Part shown: positions 20,861-32,735 of the stretch, in pieces
How positions within the stretch are numbered: position 1 is the first letter of the stretch
How the letters are laid out: each line of letters opens with the position of its first letter
Origin: Rebecca billardiae RCC1528
Taxonomy: Eukaryota; Protista; Haptophyta
Direction of reading: 5' to 3'
NCBI GenBank assembly: GCA_965240325.2
Contig: OZ251230.1
Span: 868,001 to 932,000 of the forward strand
DNA: 64,000 bases
Notes under the pieces: model-generated
What the model saw: only the letters and a program-made list of their open reading frames with translations
Databases searched by the model: none
Told to the model about the DNA's origin: nothing
Translations under genes and position numbers: made by a program

Positions 20861-21979
20861 TCACTGTGGCGGCAGCAGGTCGGGGCGCACCACGCCCGCC
20901 TCGGGCGCCTCGGTCAGAATGGGCTCGAGCACCGAGGCCTCGCGCACGCGCACGTCGGCGATGAACTCCGACGCCGCCTTCACCGCCGACTTTGTGCCGC
21001 TCTCCACCGCGCGCGACGCGAGGACGCTCGCCTCAGACGCGGCGCGCGAGAAGGCGTCGGCCAGGATCGGCGCGGCGGCCTGGGCCTGCTCGGCGACCGA
21101 GATGGCCAGGATGCTTAGCACGTCGGCGCCTGCTTCGGCGATGGGCCCGAGCGTGCCCAGCACCACGCCCCACTGCGCCTGAAACGACTCCGCCGCCTCC
21201 GGCCCGCGGAGCACGCGCACGCGCGCCTCGAGCGCATCGCCGAGTGAGCTGCCTGAGTTGGCGAGCGCGGCTGCGGAGAGCTTCGCCGCCTGCGCCGACT
21301 CGGTCTCCACCGTGCGCGCGAGCGTCTCGGCGCGGGGCGAGAGCCAGGACGCCGCGGCTCGCCCCGCGTCCTGCGCGCCGGCCCACGCCGCCTTGAGCAC
21401 GTTGCCCAGCACGACGAGTGCCGCGGAGAGAATCGGCCGGAGCACGCGGAGCGACACGACGAGCAGACGCACCGCCACCTTGCCCGCGAAGAGGGCGGCG
21501 CGGCCGACGAGCTCGAGGGCGCGCTGCGCCGGTGGCGCGAGCTCGGACGCCACCTCCGTCACGCGCTGCATCGTCGGGTCGCCGCGCACCGCCTCCTCCA
21601 CGCCTCGTGCAGCCTCCGCCGCGCGCGCGCGCAGCTGCTCGACCCTTGCACGCTTCGTCTCAAGCAGCGTGTCGATGCGGCCCGTCGCCTCGAGGGGGGC
21701 AGGCGCAGCTGGCGCAGCGCCGAACGTGGGTGCGCGCGTATCTGCGACGGCGGCGGCGAGCTCCTGCATCGATGCCGCCGCGACCGCGGGCGCACCCGGC
21801 GCGCCGAGGGCGAGAGCGCGCTCTGCGAGCACGGGCCCATTCAGCGCGAGTGCAAGCGCGAGCGACGCTCCGAGCGTCGCTGCCCACGACGCGGGTGGGC
21901 GCACGCACTGCGCCGCCTCCGCCCAGGGCGCAACGGCCCTCGCCCTGTGAGCCGCGAGCCCGATCCGCGGGGCGCGCAT
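20861..21979 (-). CDS. Hypothetical Ala-rich helical protein, possibly plastid-targeted
   Basis: Long ORF with coding-like composition, transit-like N-terminus and hydrophobic segments; no recognised family. Confidence 0.5.
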   Translation of the reverse strand: MRAPRIGLAAHRARAVAPWAEAAQCVRPPASWAATLGASLALALALNGPVLAERALALGAPGAPAVAAASMQELAAAVADTRAPTFGAAPAAPAPLEATGRIDTLLETKRARVEQLRARAAEAARGVEEAVRGDPTMQRVTEVASELAPPAQRALELVGRAALFAGKVAVRLLVVSLRVLRPILSAALVVLGNVLKAAWAGAQDAGRAAASWLSPRAETLARTVETESAQAAKLSAAALANSGSSLGDALEARVRVLRGPEAAESFQAQWGVVLGTLGPIAEAGADVLSILAISVAEQAQAAAPILADAFSRAASEASVLASRAVESGTKSAVKAASEFIADVRVREASVLEPILTEAPEAGVVRPDLLPPQ

Positions 21980-22090
21980 CGAGTTGGCGAGGCTGCCGAT
22001 ACAGGACCGCTCGGTGACCGCGAGGTGTCGCGAGTGGCAGAGTCGGGGCTCGGGCTGCCTGGCGTGGTCGCTGTGCATCCATGGTCCGGT

Positions 22091-25000
22091 CGGCAGCGCT
22101 AAATCAGCCCGGGCTGATTTAAGCTTATCTCAGCCCGGGCTGATTTAAGCCCTTAAATCAGCCCGGGCTGAGATAAGCTCCGCGCGAGCTTATCTCAGCC
22201 CGGGCTGAGATAAGCGCTTATCTCAGCCCAGCGGCTCGCGACTCGGCCACCGTGGACTCGGAGCGCACGTCGCGCGGTGCGGCCCGCCCGCTCCATGGCT
22301 GCACGCGCTGCTGTGTCTTCGGTGGCCACAGGGTGAAGTGCGCTGAGTATAGTGGCGGGCGCCCAGCTCCACCCACCCCCTTCTCCCTGGCCCGCCCCGC
22401 CTGCCCTCGCCCGCATCGGATGCCTTCCTCGCGCATGCAACGGCCTCAGCCAACGCCATTGTTCCACCATCGATTCCACCATCGACGGTCGCGGGTACTT
22501 GTACGTCGTGTACTGTACATGTGTGTCATGTGTAATCGCACGCATGTGGCCACGGCCCACGTGCACCTGTCTGCCGTGTGCCGTCGCCCTTGTACCGCGT
22601 TGCCCTTGTACCGTTCGCGCGTTGCGGCATGTGCTTGCCCAGCTTGGCATACTTGCCGGTCACGCTCGACGCTGGATCAGCCAGTCATCGCGATCCCGTC
22701 AGATCGAAACGGTCCCTTCGCGCGGCGCACTACTCTGCGCGGCGGCTGCCGGTTCATGACCGAGCTTGGACCATCAGCTGACAGCTGTGGTGTGCGGCTC
22801 GCTGCGTCTCAAGCGTGGCAGGCGCTTCGGCAGAGTAATACACTGTCGACGGTCGTGGCGCCGCAGCTGGTGGGCTCACCGGCGCCGTCGCGCTCGCAGC
22901 TTTCGGCGCGCTTGGCGAGCACGCCAAGGTCGCCGCGCGCACCGTGGTCCGCGTGCACACAACGGCCGCCGCGCGCGCCGCAGCCGTCTTGCGCGCCGCA
23001 GCCGGCGAGCGCGCCGCGGCCGGCGAGCGCGCCGCGGCTGCTGAGCGCGCCCGGCCGGCGAGCGCGCCGCGGCCGGCGAGTGCGCCGCGGCTGCTGCGCG
23101 CGCCCGGCCGGTGAGCGCGCCGCGGCTGCCGCGCGCGCTGCGGCCGGTAAGCGCGCCACGGCGGCAGACAGCGTAACTCGGCCGTCGCGCCCGGCCGGCG
23201 AGCGCGCCGTGGCTGCTGCGCGCGCCGCGGCTGCCGCGCGCGCCGCGGCCGGCGAGCGCGCCGAGGCCGACCAACGCGCCGCGACCGCCCCGCGCACGGC
23301 GACCGAAGGCGAGTCTGTGGCGGATAGCGAGCTTGCCGCTGCGGCTAGTGAGCGCGCCGCAACCGGCGCGGATGGATGGTGCAGCCGGGGCTTGCGCCAC
23401 CGCAACCGGTGAGCAGGCCGCGCCAGCATGCGTAGGTATTGGCGAGCGCGCCACCGCAACCGGCGAGCGCGCACCGCACGGGCCACAGATGCCCATTGGT
23501 CCAACGCCGCAGGTGCCCATCAAGCCTGGCGCCAACACGTGACAGTTGCGCGATGAGGCTGAGCGTGCTCGCCGGCCGCTGCGCGCTCACTGGCCGCGGC
23601 GGCGCGCTCGCTCGCTATCCGCCACAGACTAGCCTTCGGTCGTCGCGCACGGCCGCGGCGCGCTGGTCCGCCGCGGCGCGCGCGGCAGCCACGGCGCGCG
23701 CGGCAACCGCGGCGCGCGCGGCGGCCACCGCGCGCGTGGCGCATGCGGCGGCCGCTGCGTGCGTGCGGACCGCGGCGCACACCGCAACCTTAGCTTGCTG
23801 TCCGTGCGCACCAGCCCCTGAGCCGCGGCACGCGCTGCGAGCTTGGCGTGCTCGCCGTGCGCGCCGACAGCTGCGGGCGTGCCGGCGTCGGCGCGCCCAC
23901 TAGCCGCAGCGCCATGATCGTCCATGGAGCTGCGCCGGTGCCCATGCCTGTGCCGCTGGCACCGGTACGCCCGCGCGCGGCGGCCGCGGTGGCAACGTTC
24001 AGCACATTTTGAACAACGTGCAATGGCAACAGCACACAACCGACTGTAGCGCACGGGCCGTGTTCACCCGCGTGCGACTACGCGCGGACATGGTCAACTG
24101 GCGAACGTCGATGGTGCGTCCATGGTGTTGGCTGCATGCTTCTCATGCGGGCAGCAAGTCCACAAGCCGAGTTGCCGCCGTGGAGTTGCATGCGCGAGGA
24201 AGGCATCCGATGCGGGCGAGGGCAGGCGGGGCGGGCCAGGGAGAAGGGGGTGGGTGGAGCTGGGCGCCCGCCACTATACTCAGCGCACTTCACCCTGTGG
24301 CCACCGAAGACACAGCAGCGCGTGCAGCCATGGAGCGGGCGGGCCGCACCGCGCGACGTGCGCTCCGAGTCCACGGTGGCCGAGTCGCGAGCCGCTGGGC
24401 GGAGATAAGCGCTTATCTCAGCCCGGGCTGAGATAAGCTCGCGCGGAGCTTATCTCAGCCCGGGCTGATTTAAGGGCTTACGGTCAGCCCGGGCTGAGAT
24501 AACTCGAGGAAAAAGATCCGCGGCCCCGGCCGTGCTACGCAAACGATACAGTTTACTAAGAATAAGAGACGCACACAGCTCAGGCAGGCGAGATTACAGT
24601 ATCCGCCTCGATGACCCCTTGCTGGCACTACGGTGGCAAGTGGCAGACTGACTGGCTACCACTCTCACAACTCACTGTCTGAAACCGACACGGTGACGGT
24701 GACCATTTAGACCAACTTAGCCGACCGGGCATCTGTTGAGGAGACTGAGTGACCGGACCAGCCGGGGTCATCGTGCGGCGCTGAAGGCGAGTGAAGCCTG
24801 GCCAGACCTGTGACTGGCAGTGACTGAGTGGTCACTGCACCTGACCACCCGTACGGCCCGCCTCACCAGCACGGCCGATGACGACCAGCCGGGGTCATCG
24901 TGCGGCGCTGAAGCCTGGCCAGACCTGTGACTGAGTGGTCACGGCACCTGACCACCTACGGCCCCCTCACCAGCACGGCCGTAACGGGCGTCTGTACAGA

Positions 25001-26176
25001 GTAGTGCGTCCGACCGGGCCGCCCTCCAGCACGAGCCGCACGCTGGGTGGCGCGCTCCTTCCGCTTCCCTGCCGATTCAGATTTGACACCTGGCATCATT
25101 GGTCCCGTGAGCTGCGGCTGCTGCAGCCGCAACGTGCTGGCGCGGCGAGACAGTGGAGTGAGTGCGGACCAAGACCGTGACACTAAGCACCGTGGCTTAC
25201 TCGTGCAGCATCCGCACCGTGCGCGCACAAAGAGTTCATAGCGTAACGCAGGGCGACGCGCGCGCGCGGCGAGCGAGCCGGACAACCACCGCCCGCCTCC
25301 ACATGCAGCCCCCGCGCGCGCGGCGCGCACCATGACCATCCGCCCCAGAGTGCCGCATAGCGCGCAGCGTGCGCGGTCGCACCTGGGTCGTTGGACGTAT
25401 GCCGTGGCGCGGGCACGGCGCGGCGATGCCGCGCTTGCTTCTCCCGGGGGCCTGAGGCCCCCACGCGCGGCGGACTCCGTGCGCGCGCCCCGCCTGATGA
25501 GCGCGCGGCGCGCGGCCATCGAGCCTCCATGTGCTGGGCCGTTGCGCGTGCCGCCTGGTGCGTATTCGGTCTCGTCAGATGCGTGCTCGGTCTCGTCAAT
25601 CGTTACCCGCGTCGCTTGCGGCAGGCAGCCCCCCTTCTAGCGGTTCTCGAGGCCAAACCATCGACGCTTGGACGCCTACGGCCGCGCGAAGCGACGGCGC
25701 CGAGCGGGCGCGCGCGCCCGGTACGAGAGGTAGACTCCCACATCGTGCCTCCACACCCCGCCCGCGCCAGCGCACCCGCCCCTGGAGCTCTTCCCGCTCG
25801 TCGACGGCGCTCGGCACCCGAGCCGAGCCGAACGTGTGCACGGCGCACGACGCAGCGCGGCGCGACGGGCGCGGCGCGGCGCGCTCGGAATTTTCCTGAA
25901 GAGGGCTCCGAGCGTACGGGCCGACGCGCCCACTCGCGGCGCGCCCCGCGCGCGCCCCGCCAAATGCGCGTGGGGGCGCGAGGCGCGGGTCGAGACGCTC
26001 GGGTGCTCGGCGCGGCCGTCAACAGGCCCCCCCCGCGAGTTGAGGAGCGTCCCCGGATTCCATTTTCCGGACTCTCCTTGATGCTACGCAAAGCCGCGGG
26101 GGCGGCCGTCCGTCGAAACGGACGTGCCCCCCCGCGGAATAAGCTTAAATCAGCCCGGGCTGATTTAGCGCTGTCG
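22091..26176. mobile_element. Non-autonomous foldback/Mutator-like element with 9-bp TSD
   Basis: TGGTCCGGT on both flanks (22082-22090, 26177-26185); terminal IR CAGCGCTAAATCAGCCCGGGCTGATTTAAGCTTAT; inner ~316-bp inverted repeat 22126-22441 / 24185-24502; no transposase recognised. Confidence 0.85.
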
Positions 26177-26243
26177 TGGTCCGGTGTGCTCACTGGAGGC
26201 TGGGCCTTGGCCGTCCGGTGATAAAGTTTAGTTCCATGCAGCC

Positions 26244-27290
26244 ATGGCGGCGCATCTCTTGATCTGGCTGTTCACGCTCGCGCCGCCGCGAGTAACGCTC
26301 GTCTCGATCGGCTTCGGCGCCAAGTTTGAGCGCGCTCTGCGCCCGATGAGCCAGACAGCCGCAGCAGCCGGTTTCGACCGCGTGCAGTTCTGGCGCGACA
26401 AGGCTGCGCTGCTGGCTGACCCATTCGCACGAGAACACGCACGCGAGATGGCTGCGCTGGCAGCGCACCGCGGACGGCCGTGGTGCATGGTGGGAAAGGG
26501 GATCGCACTCCTGCGCGCGATGGCAGACAGTCAAGACGGCGACTATGTCATGTGGGCCGACGCATCGAAGTACCACTCGACCAGCCTCGCCGGCGTGGAT
26601 GTGCGACAGGCCATCGCCTCGCTCAACGAGCCACGGCCACGCCTCGAGCAAAGCGCGCTCCCGGCGACGAGTGCGTGGGCGCAATGGCTGCGCACGCCAT
26701 CGGCACGGACCGATTGGTCCCAGCCCACGCCGCAAGCCCCGCGCAGCGCGTTCGGCCTGCTCGCGTGCCCGTACGACTGCCGCAAGCAGCTGTGCATCAC
26801 CAACAGCGACCGGACAGCCTTTGGCAAGGCGCTCGTGTCGGCGCGCACCGTGACCGCCTATGCCAGACGCATCGGCAACGCGAGCACGTTCCTGGGGCAG
26901 CCGCACGTGCTGAACAGCAACATCCTGCTGCATGTCGATTCGCAAACCCGCAGCATCGTGCGCGAGTGGGTACAGATGGCGTGGGACTCGCCTGAGGGCT
27001 TCTGCGGCTCGCACCCGCAGGATCAGTCGGCGTGGAGCGTGCTCGTGCATAGCCTCGGCCTGCCGCTGATCAACGTGTGCGCGTACACGGATGCGCACGA
27101 TCCCTCGCGCCGCGGATATCGCCACTGCCACTGGATGACCAAGGGCACGTCATTCATGCTGCGCGCGCTCGCTGCGAGGAACTTCTCCATTCTCAAGAGC
27201 GCACAGCCGATGGCGGCGGGCGAAAGTCCGGTGTACCTTCCGAGCTGCACGCCGCGCTTGGACCTCAAGGACGGCATCCGTTTGAGATGA
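26244..27290 (+). CDS. Secreted/Golgi protein, putative glycosyltransferase-like
   Basis: Signal-like N-terminus; DGDYVMWADAS and HPQDQSAWSVL resemble motifs of nucleotide-sugar transferase-like families; family assignment tentative. Confidence 0.55.
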   Translation: MAAHLLIWLFTLAPPRVTLVSIGFGAKFERALRPMSQTAAAAGFDRVQFWRDKAALLADPFAREHAREMAALAAHRGRPWCMVGKGIALLRAMADSQDGDYVMWADASKYHSTSLAGVDVRQAIASLNEPRPRLEQSALPATSAWAQWLRTPSARTDWSQPTPQAPRSAFGLLACPYDCRKQLCITNSDRTAFGKALVSARTVTAYARRIGNASTFLGQPHVLNSNILLHVDSQTRSIVREWVQMAWDSPEGFCGSHPQDQSAWSVLVHSLGLPLINVCAYTDAHDPSRRGYRHCHWMTKGTSFMLRALAARNFSILKSAQPMAAGESPVYLPSCTPRLDLKDGIRLR

Positions 27291-28616
27291 CGATGACAAT
27301 GGGCACGTTGCGCGGTCGGTGCATTTACCGCCGCCACTGCTGCGGCCTGACTCTGAGAGCAGGGCTCACGGCGTGTCGGCGTCGGCCGTCACTCTAGATA
27401 GACTCCAGAGTCGGCCGGCCCGGGCCCGCGGCGGCCGCGGCCCGCGATGGCACGTCGACGACGGCGGAATACCAGCCTGCCACCAGTCCCAGGCCGAGTC
27501 AGTTATGTGAACAGAGTTCAATATACTATGATGATGATACGGCGGCGGTCACTAGCGGTCGTAGTGCGGTGAGTATACTCTGTCTCTGGCGCCATCACTG
27601 CGGCACCATCGAGTGGCTGTGGCTCCTCGGGCCGTCCCAGAGTGCTGCGCTGCGGCTGCGGAACCTGCGCTAACTAAGCACCGTAACTCGTAAGGCGTAA
27701 CTCCGTACAAGTAACTCGAAAGTACGACTCGAACATATCCCAGGATGACGGCCCTGCTCACAGCACTGACGACTACATCAGTGTCAGTACGTTGACGCTG
27801 TCGCGCGCGGTGACGCGCGCCATACTGGGATGACCTTGTGAGGCTTGTGATGACGAGTCCACTACCGTTGGCAGTGTCAGTAGTATATATTACTAATACG
27901 TTGACGTTGTCGCGCCGGGTGACGCGCGCCATACTGGGATGACCATGTGAGGCTTGTCACTTACAAGTGATGACGAGTCCACTACTGGCACTGATGAGAC
28001 TAGTCGGTCCGTCCGTCCCGTGGTACTGGTTACTGGTAACCCGGCGGTCCGCCATGGGCATGATGAGGTACAGACGACGACCGCATGCTGTCCGCCATAT
28101 GATAAGTCCCTGACATGGGCCGGGCTTGTCACACAGCTGTTCTTGGCCCGCATCTTTCAGGGCGCTCGCCTCTGCACGATGGTGCCTTGTGCCTCGCTCT
28201 CGTGCGGCTTGGCGGCTCACGAGCTGCGTCTTAAAGTATTCCGCGCCGGCCAAGCGAAGCTAATAGCTGACGATGATTGTCTCGGTACTAGCAGAGGACG
28301 ACAATAAGCAGAACTAGAACGCCGGGCGCCAGCGCCGCTCAATGCTCATCAGACATCAGCCACATCGCCCTGTACTACCAGAGCATCGTCGCCTCAAAGG
28401 GCTGCTCCCGGACAAACAGTCTGTCCGGGTTCATTGTCTGCCCCGGAGATCGGTTTCCGGCGCCCTCTGGCTGCTTCGCCAGGCGCGGGCGTGAGAAATG
28501 GCTCCAGCCAAGCTCTTGGCCCTGGCGTCGCTGGCAGCGGCGGCCCGGCGGCGCCGGCGCGCACGCGGGTGGCGCGTCGCGTGCACCGACCAACATCTTT
28601 CGGCAAATGTGTCATA

Positions 28617-28655
<39 letters not shown>

Positions 28656-28874
28656 ATGGGGGCTCCCGCAGGCGGCGACTCGAGTCGCACCGTGCGCCTT
28701 TGCGTGCCAGCTCCAAGCAGCACGTCAATAAGCGTCGCGCGGGGTCCGGTGAGTGAGTGACGGTAGACGTAGTGGCGTCGGCATTGTGCCCCGCCCGGCC
28801 CTCGAAAGTCGGTCGTCGGTGCGCACACCACCCCGCCAGATGCGGGATGGCGGCGCGCGCCGGCGCCGCCTCGC

Positions 28875-31510
28875 TCACTGCACCGGCGGCTGCGTCGGCT
28901 CGTGCGTCTCTGCGGCGCGCACGTCAGCACCGGGCGCGGTTGCCGCATCCCTCGCCGCCCCCGCCGCCGCGTCGAGCTCGCCGGGCGCGGCCGTCTTTGT
29001 CCGGTTCACCATCTTCACGCGGTACGGCACGGCGCCCATCTTGGCCCGCAGCTCGGCGCGCTTGATCAGCTTGCGCATGTACTCCTCAGGCAGCAGCACG
29101 CGGAAGCGCGGCCGCGGCGGCAGCGGCTGGCTCGGCCGGTGCTTGAGGAGGAAGTTGCGCGCGAGGCGCCCGCGCACCACGCGCTGCACGCGCGTGACGG
29201 CGAGGACCTCGTCCTCGCTCAGCCCCTCCGCCTCCGTGCCCGCCGACTCCTCCGTGCCGCGCCGCGCGGCCACCTTGGCGGCCTTGGCGCGCACCGACGA
29301 GCGCATCGACGACGGCATGGACGTGCGGCTCATGCGGTCGAGCTCCTGCCGCAGCTCTGTGCGCTCGGCGTGGGTCTGCGCAAAGTGCTGCAGCGCCTCC
29401 CGCGCGTGCTCGTGCTCCTTGTACGCCGGGAACCACTCGCGCAGCTGCACCGCGTACGTCGTCTTGCGCTCGAACAGGTCGGCGAGCAGAATGTCGTCCC
29501 GGACCTCGTCCGGGATGAGCGGCGCGTCGCCGCCCTCCTCCGCCGCCATCTGGCTGCGCGCGCGGGCGGGGGCGCAAGGGAGGGCGGGGGCGCAACGCGG
29601 CCCGGCGCGGGGGGCGCGAGGGCGTGGGCGGGCAGGTGCGCGCGTGGCACGCTCGGGCGGCGCGGCAGGCACGCCAGCCGCCAAGTGCCGCTCCAGTCAC
29701 GACCGGCGGCGCGCGCGGCCAGGCCGGGCGCGGTGCTGCGCGGCGCAGCGGTGCTGCGCAGCGGTGCTGCGCAGCGCGGGTGCGCGAGGCCCCGCGCGCG
29801 CGCGCGCGCGCACTTGAGGACGTGCCTCCAGCGCTCGCCGAGCAGCGTGAGCTGCGCGTTGCGCACGATCGCCATCGACCTGAAGAACATCTGGATCTTG
29901 ACGACCGCGAAGCGGAAGTTGCGGATCACGCGCGACGGGATGCCGGCCGCGCCGGTCGCGGCGAGCCACTTGCGCACGATCCACGTGCTGCGCCGCTTCA
30001 CTCGGACGTGGTGGGCGAGCAGCATGCGCCAGGTGAACTTCTGGATGGTGTTGATCGCGCGCGTGAGCCGGCGCATGTAGCTGCGCCTCGTGAACGAGCG
30101 CAGCTCCCTCTGCAGCACCCGCGCCGCGCGGTGCTTCTCGCGCAGCCGCCGCTCGCGCCGCAGCGTCACGCCCAGCCGGCCGAGCGCTGTGACATACGCG
30201 TACACAGTCATCCAGCGCAGCACGGCGCGCTGCTTCTCGTCCTCGAGCTCGCGCTGGATCCGCCGCTCGCGCAGCTTGCTCAGCCTCGACAGCTCCGCCT
30301 CGAGCCGCTCCCGCTGCTCGTGGTCCACCGCCTCCTTGCGAAGCTTCGCGATGCGAATCTTCTCGTCGCGCCGCTGCGCGAGCTCCTGCAGCCGCAGGTG
30401 CCGCGCGCGCGGGCTGACCGAGCCGTCGCTCACCGCGACGATGTTGTGCTGGATGAAGCTGTCCTGGTCGCCTTGCCGCGCCGCGATCATCTCCGCTGCG
30501 CACGGGGCGGCCAGCCGGGCGGGGCGCGCGGGCGGACGCTCAGTCGCCGCCACCACAACCGTGGCGCGCTCGCCCACTCGCATCGGGCGCGCAGCGTGGG
30601 AGGCGCCAACGCTCGCGCGCGTGCGCGCACAGATTTCCTCGTAGAAGCGCTCGCGGGCCTCAGGGTCTGACCGGAGGGCGGCAAGCTTCTGCCGCACCTC
30701 CTGCCGCACCGCGCTCTGCGAATACCCGCCCCGCGCCTCCGCCACCTCGCCGGCGCTCACGAGCGAGCTGGCGCGACCGCGGTCTGAGCCCGAGGACGCG
30801 AGTCGTCGCTTGGCGGGCCGGCGGTCGGCCCTCCGCGGCTTGCGCGCGGGCGCGGCAGCCTCGATCACCGGGAGGCGCGTCACCTGCGCCGTCTGCGCCT
30901 GCTGCCCGGCGTACACCTCCGACGACGACTTCATCGTGCGCAGCAGCTCGTCGGCGGCGGTGTCGAAAGCCTCCTTGGTGAGCGGGCCGCGCCTGCCGCC
31001 TCCGTCCGCGCCGACGCGGCGGATGGCCGGCAGCGTGCGCGCGTACCTCGACACCTGCACCCGCGTGAGCACGGTGCTCCACCGCGCGTTCGCCTCCCTC
31101 GCCAGCGTCGACGCGCCGCGCGAGGACGCGCGGAAGGCCTCAGGCAGCTTGAGGTCGACCGAGCGCAGTGCGCCCTGCAGATCTGTGTGCACGGCGAGCG
31201 ACGCCGAGGGCTGGCGCTTGATGGCCGTGATCACCACCTTCGCCTCACGCCGCACCTCCTCGACGTCGCCTGACACGGGCGCCGGCGCCGCCGGCAACGG
31301 CGGCAGCTGATCACCCCCGTCATCGGTACCGTCGGGCTCCTCCTCCATCGTGGGGTACAGTAACGGAATTTCTCCTCGTCGTCGAAAATCAATCTCAGGC
31401 CCGTCATCGCGAAGCGCGTGTCGTCGACGTCGGGGGATGGCGGCCCCGGCGCGCGGTGATCCGCCATCCAGCACACAAGGAGGAATATCACTACCGCCGC
31501 CGTCTGACAT
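28875..31510 (-). CDS. IQ-motif/coiled-coil protein (calmodulin-binding), at least one intron (29813-29554)
   Basis: IQ-like motifs ARVLQRELRSF, INTIQKFTWR, VVKIQMFFRS, TRVQRVVRGRLAR; charged coiled coil; start could be ATG 31510 or ~31348. Confidence 0.65.
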
Positions 31511-31577
31511 GACGCAGGGCGGGCCGGCTGATGCCTCCGGCTTTTCGCAGACGAAAGCGCGTCTCGGGCTAGCCGCC

Positions 31578-32414
31578 ATGTCGACGGAGAGCTCGCGGCG
31601 CCAGTTTGCCACATCGCTCATCGCGGGCAGCATCGCGGGCTGGTCGGTCGACGTGGTGCTCTTCCCTCTGGACACGATGAAGACTCGTCTCCAGGCGGTC
31701 GGGGGATTCGCGAATGCAGGGGGTTTCCGCGGCATCTACAAAGGGCTGGCGGCCGCGGCGATCGGCTCCGCCCCCGGGGCCGCAATCTTCTTTGGCACGT
31801 ACACGCTCTCCAACGCGGAGATCCAGCGGATGGTACCGACCGCACCCGACCCGCTCGTGCACATGGCGTCCGCGTCCTTGGGCGAGCTTGTGGCGTGCTT
31901 CGTGCGGGTGCCCACGGAGATCGTGAAGCAGCGCACGCAGGCTGGACACTACCCCACGTCTGCCGCCGCTGTCCGCGACATCCTCTCGACGAATGGCGCG
32001 CACGGCCTCCTTCGCGGCTACTCGACTACGATCGCGCGCGAAATACCGTTCGCACTGGTGCAGTTCCCGTTGTACGAGCACTTTAAGGTGCGCCTTAGGC
32101 GCGCGCTCAACCGGCCGCCCAAGGCCTGGGAGGCAGCGCTCGCAGGCTCGGCCGCCGGAGCCATCGCGGCCACCGTGACCAACCCCATCGACGTTGCGAA
32201 GACGAGGATCATGCTCGCGAGCGACGCGCGCGTGCAGACAAACGCCATCGCGATGATTGCCAAGGTGGCTCGAGAGGAGGGCGTCAGGCAGCTTTTCGCG
32301 GGCGTGCTGCCCCGCGTATGCTGGATCTCGATCGGTGGCTTCGTCTTCTTCGGCTCATTTGAGGCGGCCCAGCCAGTCGTGATGGATCTGCTCTTCGGCG
32401 GCCATGCACCGTAG
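31578..32414 (+). CDS. Mitochondrial carrier, S-adenosylmethionine carrier-like (SLC25A26/PET8 type)
   Basis: Three PxD/ExxKxR signatures (PLDTMKTRLQ, PTEIVKQR, PIDVAKTR), REIPF, RVCWISIGG; ATG 31578. Confidence 0.9.
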   Translation: MSTESSRRQFATSLIAGSIAGWSVDVVLFPLDTMKTRLQAVGGFANAGGFRGIYKGLAAAAIGSAPGAAIFFGTYTLSNAEIQRMVPTAPDPLVHMASASLGELVACFVRVPTEIVKQRTQAGHYPTSAAAVRDILSTNGAHGLLRGYSTTIAREIPFALVQFPLYEHFKVRLRRALNRPPKAWEAALAGSAAGAIAATVTNPIDVAKTRIMLASDARVQTNAIAMIAKVAREEGVRQLFAGVLPRVCWISIGGFVFFGSFEAAQPVVMDLLFGGHAP

Positions 32415-32735
32415 CGCTGTCTTTCGATCTGTCTGAGTCTGACAGGCAGCCTTGATCATCATTATATTGTCAACTACATCACTTTATTGATGATCTGCTG
32501 TCTTTGATTATGATCGCGTAGTTATATATATACTGCGTAGTAGTAGTAATCAATGCGCGCCAGCGCTGATGATGATATCAGTGCTGCCATTAGTGATTAG
32601 ATTCATGAATCATTGACATGAGAGTGATGAGACATGAGTCAGCAGTCAGTCACTAGTCAGTGACAGTCATGACGATCAGTCGATCGACGATATATGATGA
32701 TGATGATGACAGCGCGATCAATTCGGACGACTCAT

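Noticed and set aside
22252-24054. Protein-coding ORFs or transposase inside the foldback element
   Set aside because: Low-complexity Ala/Arg translations with no DDE or other recognisable motif.
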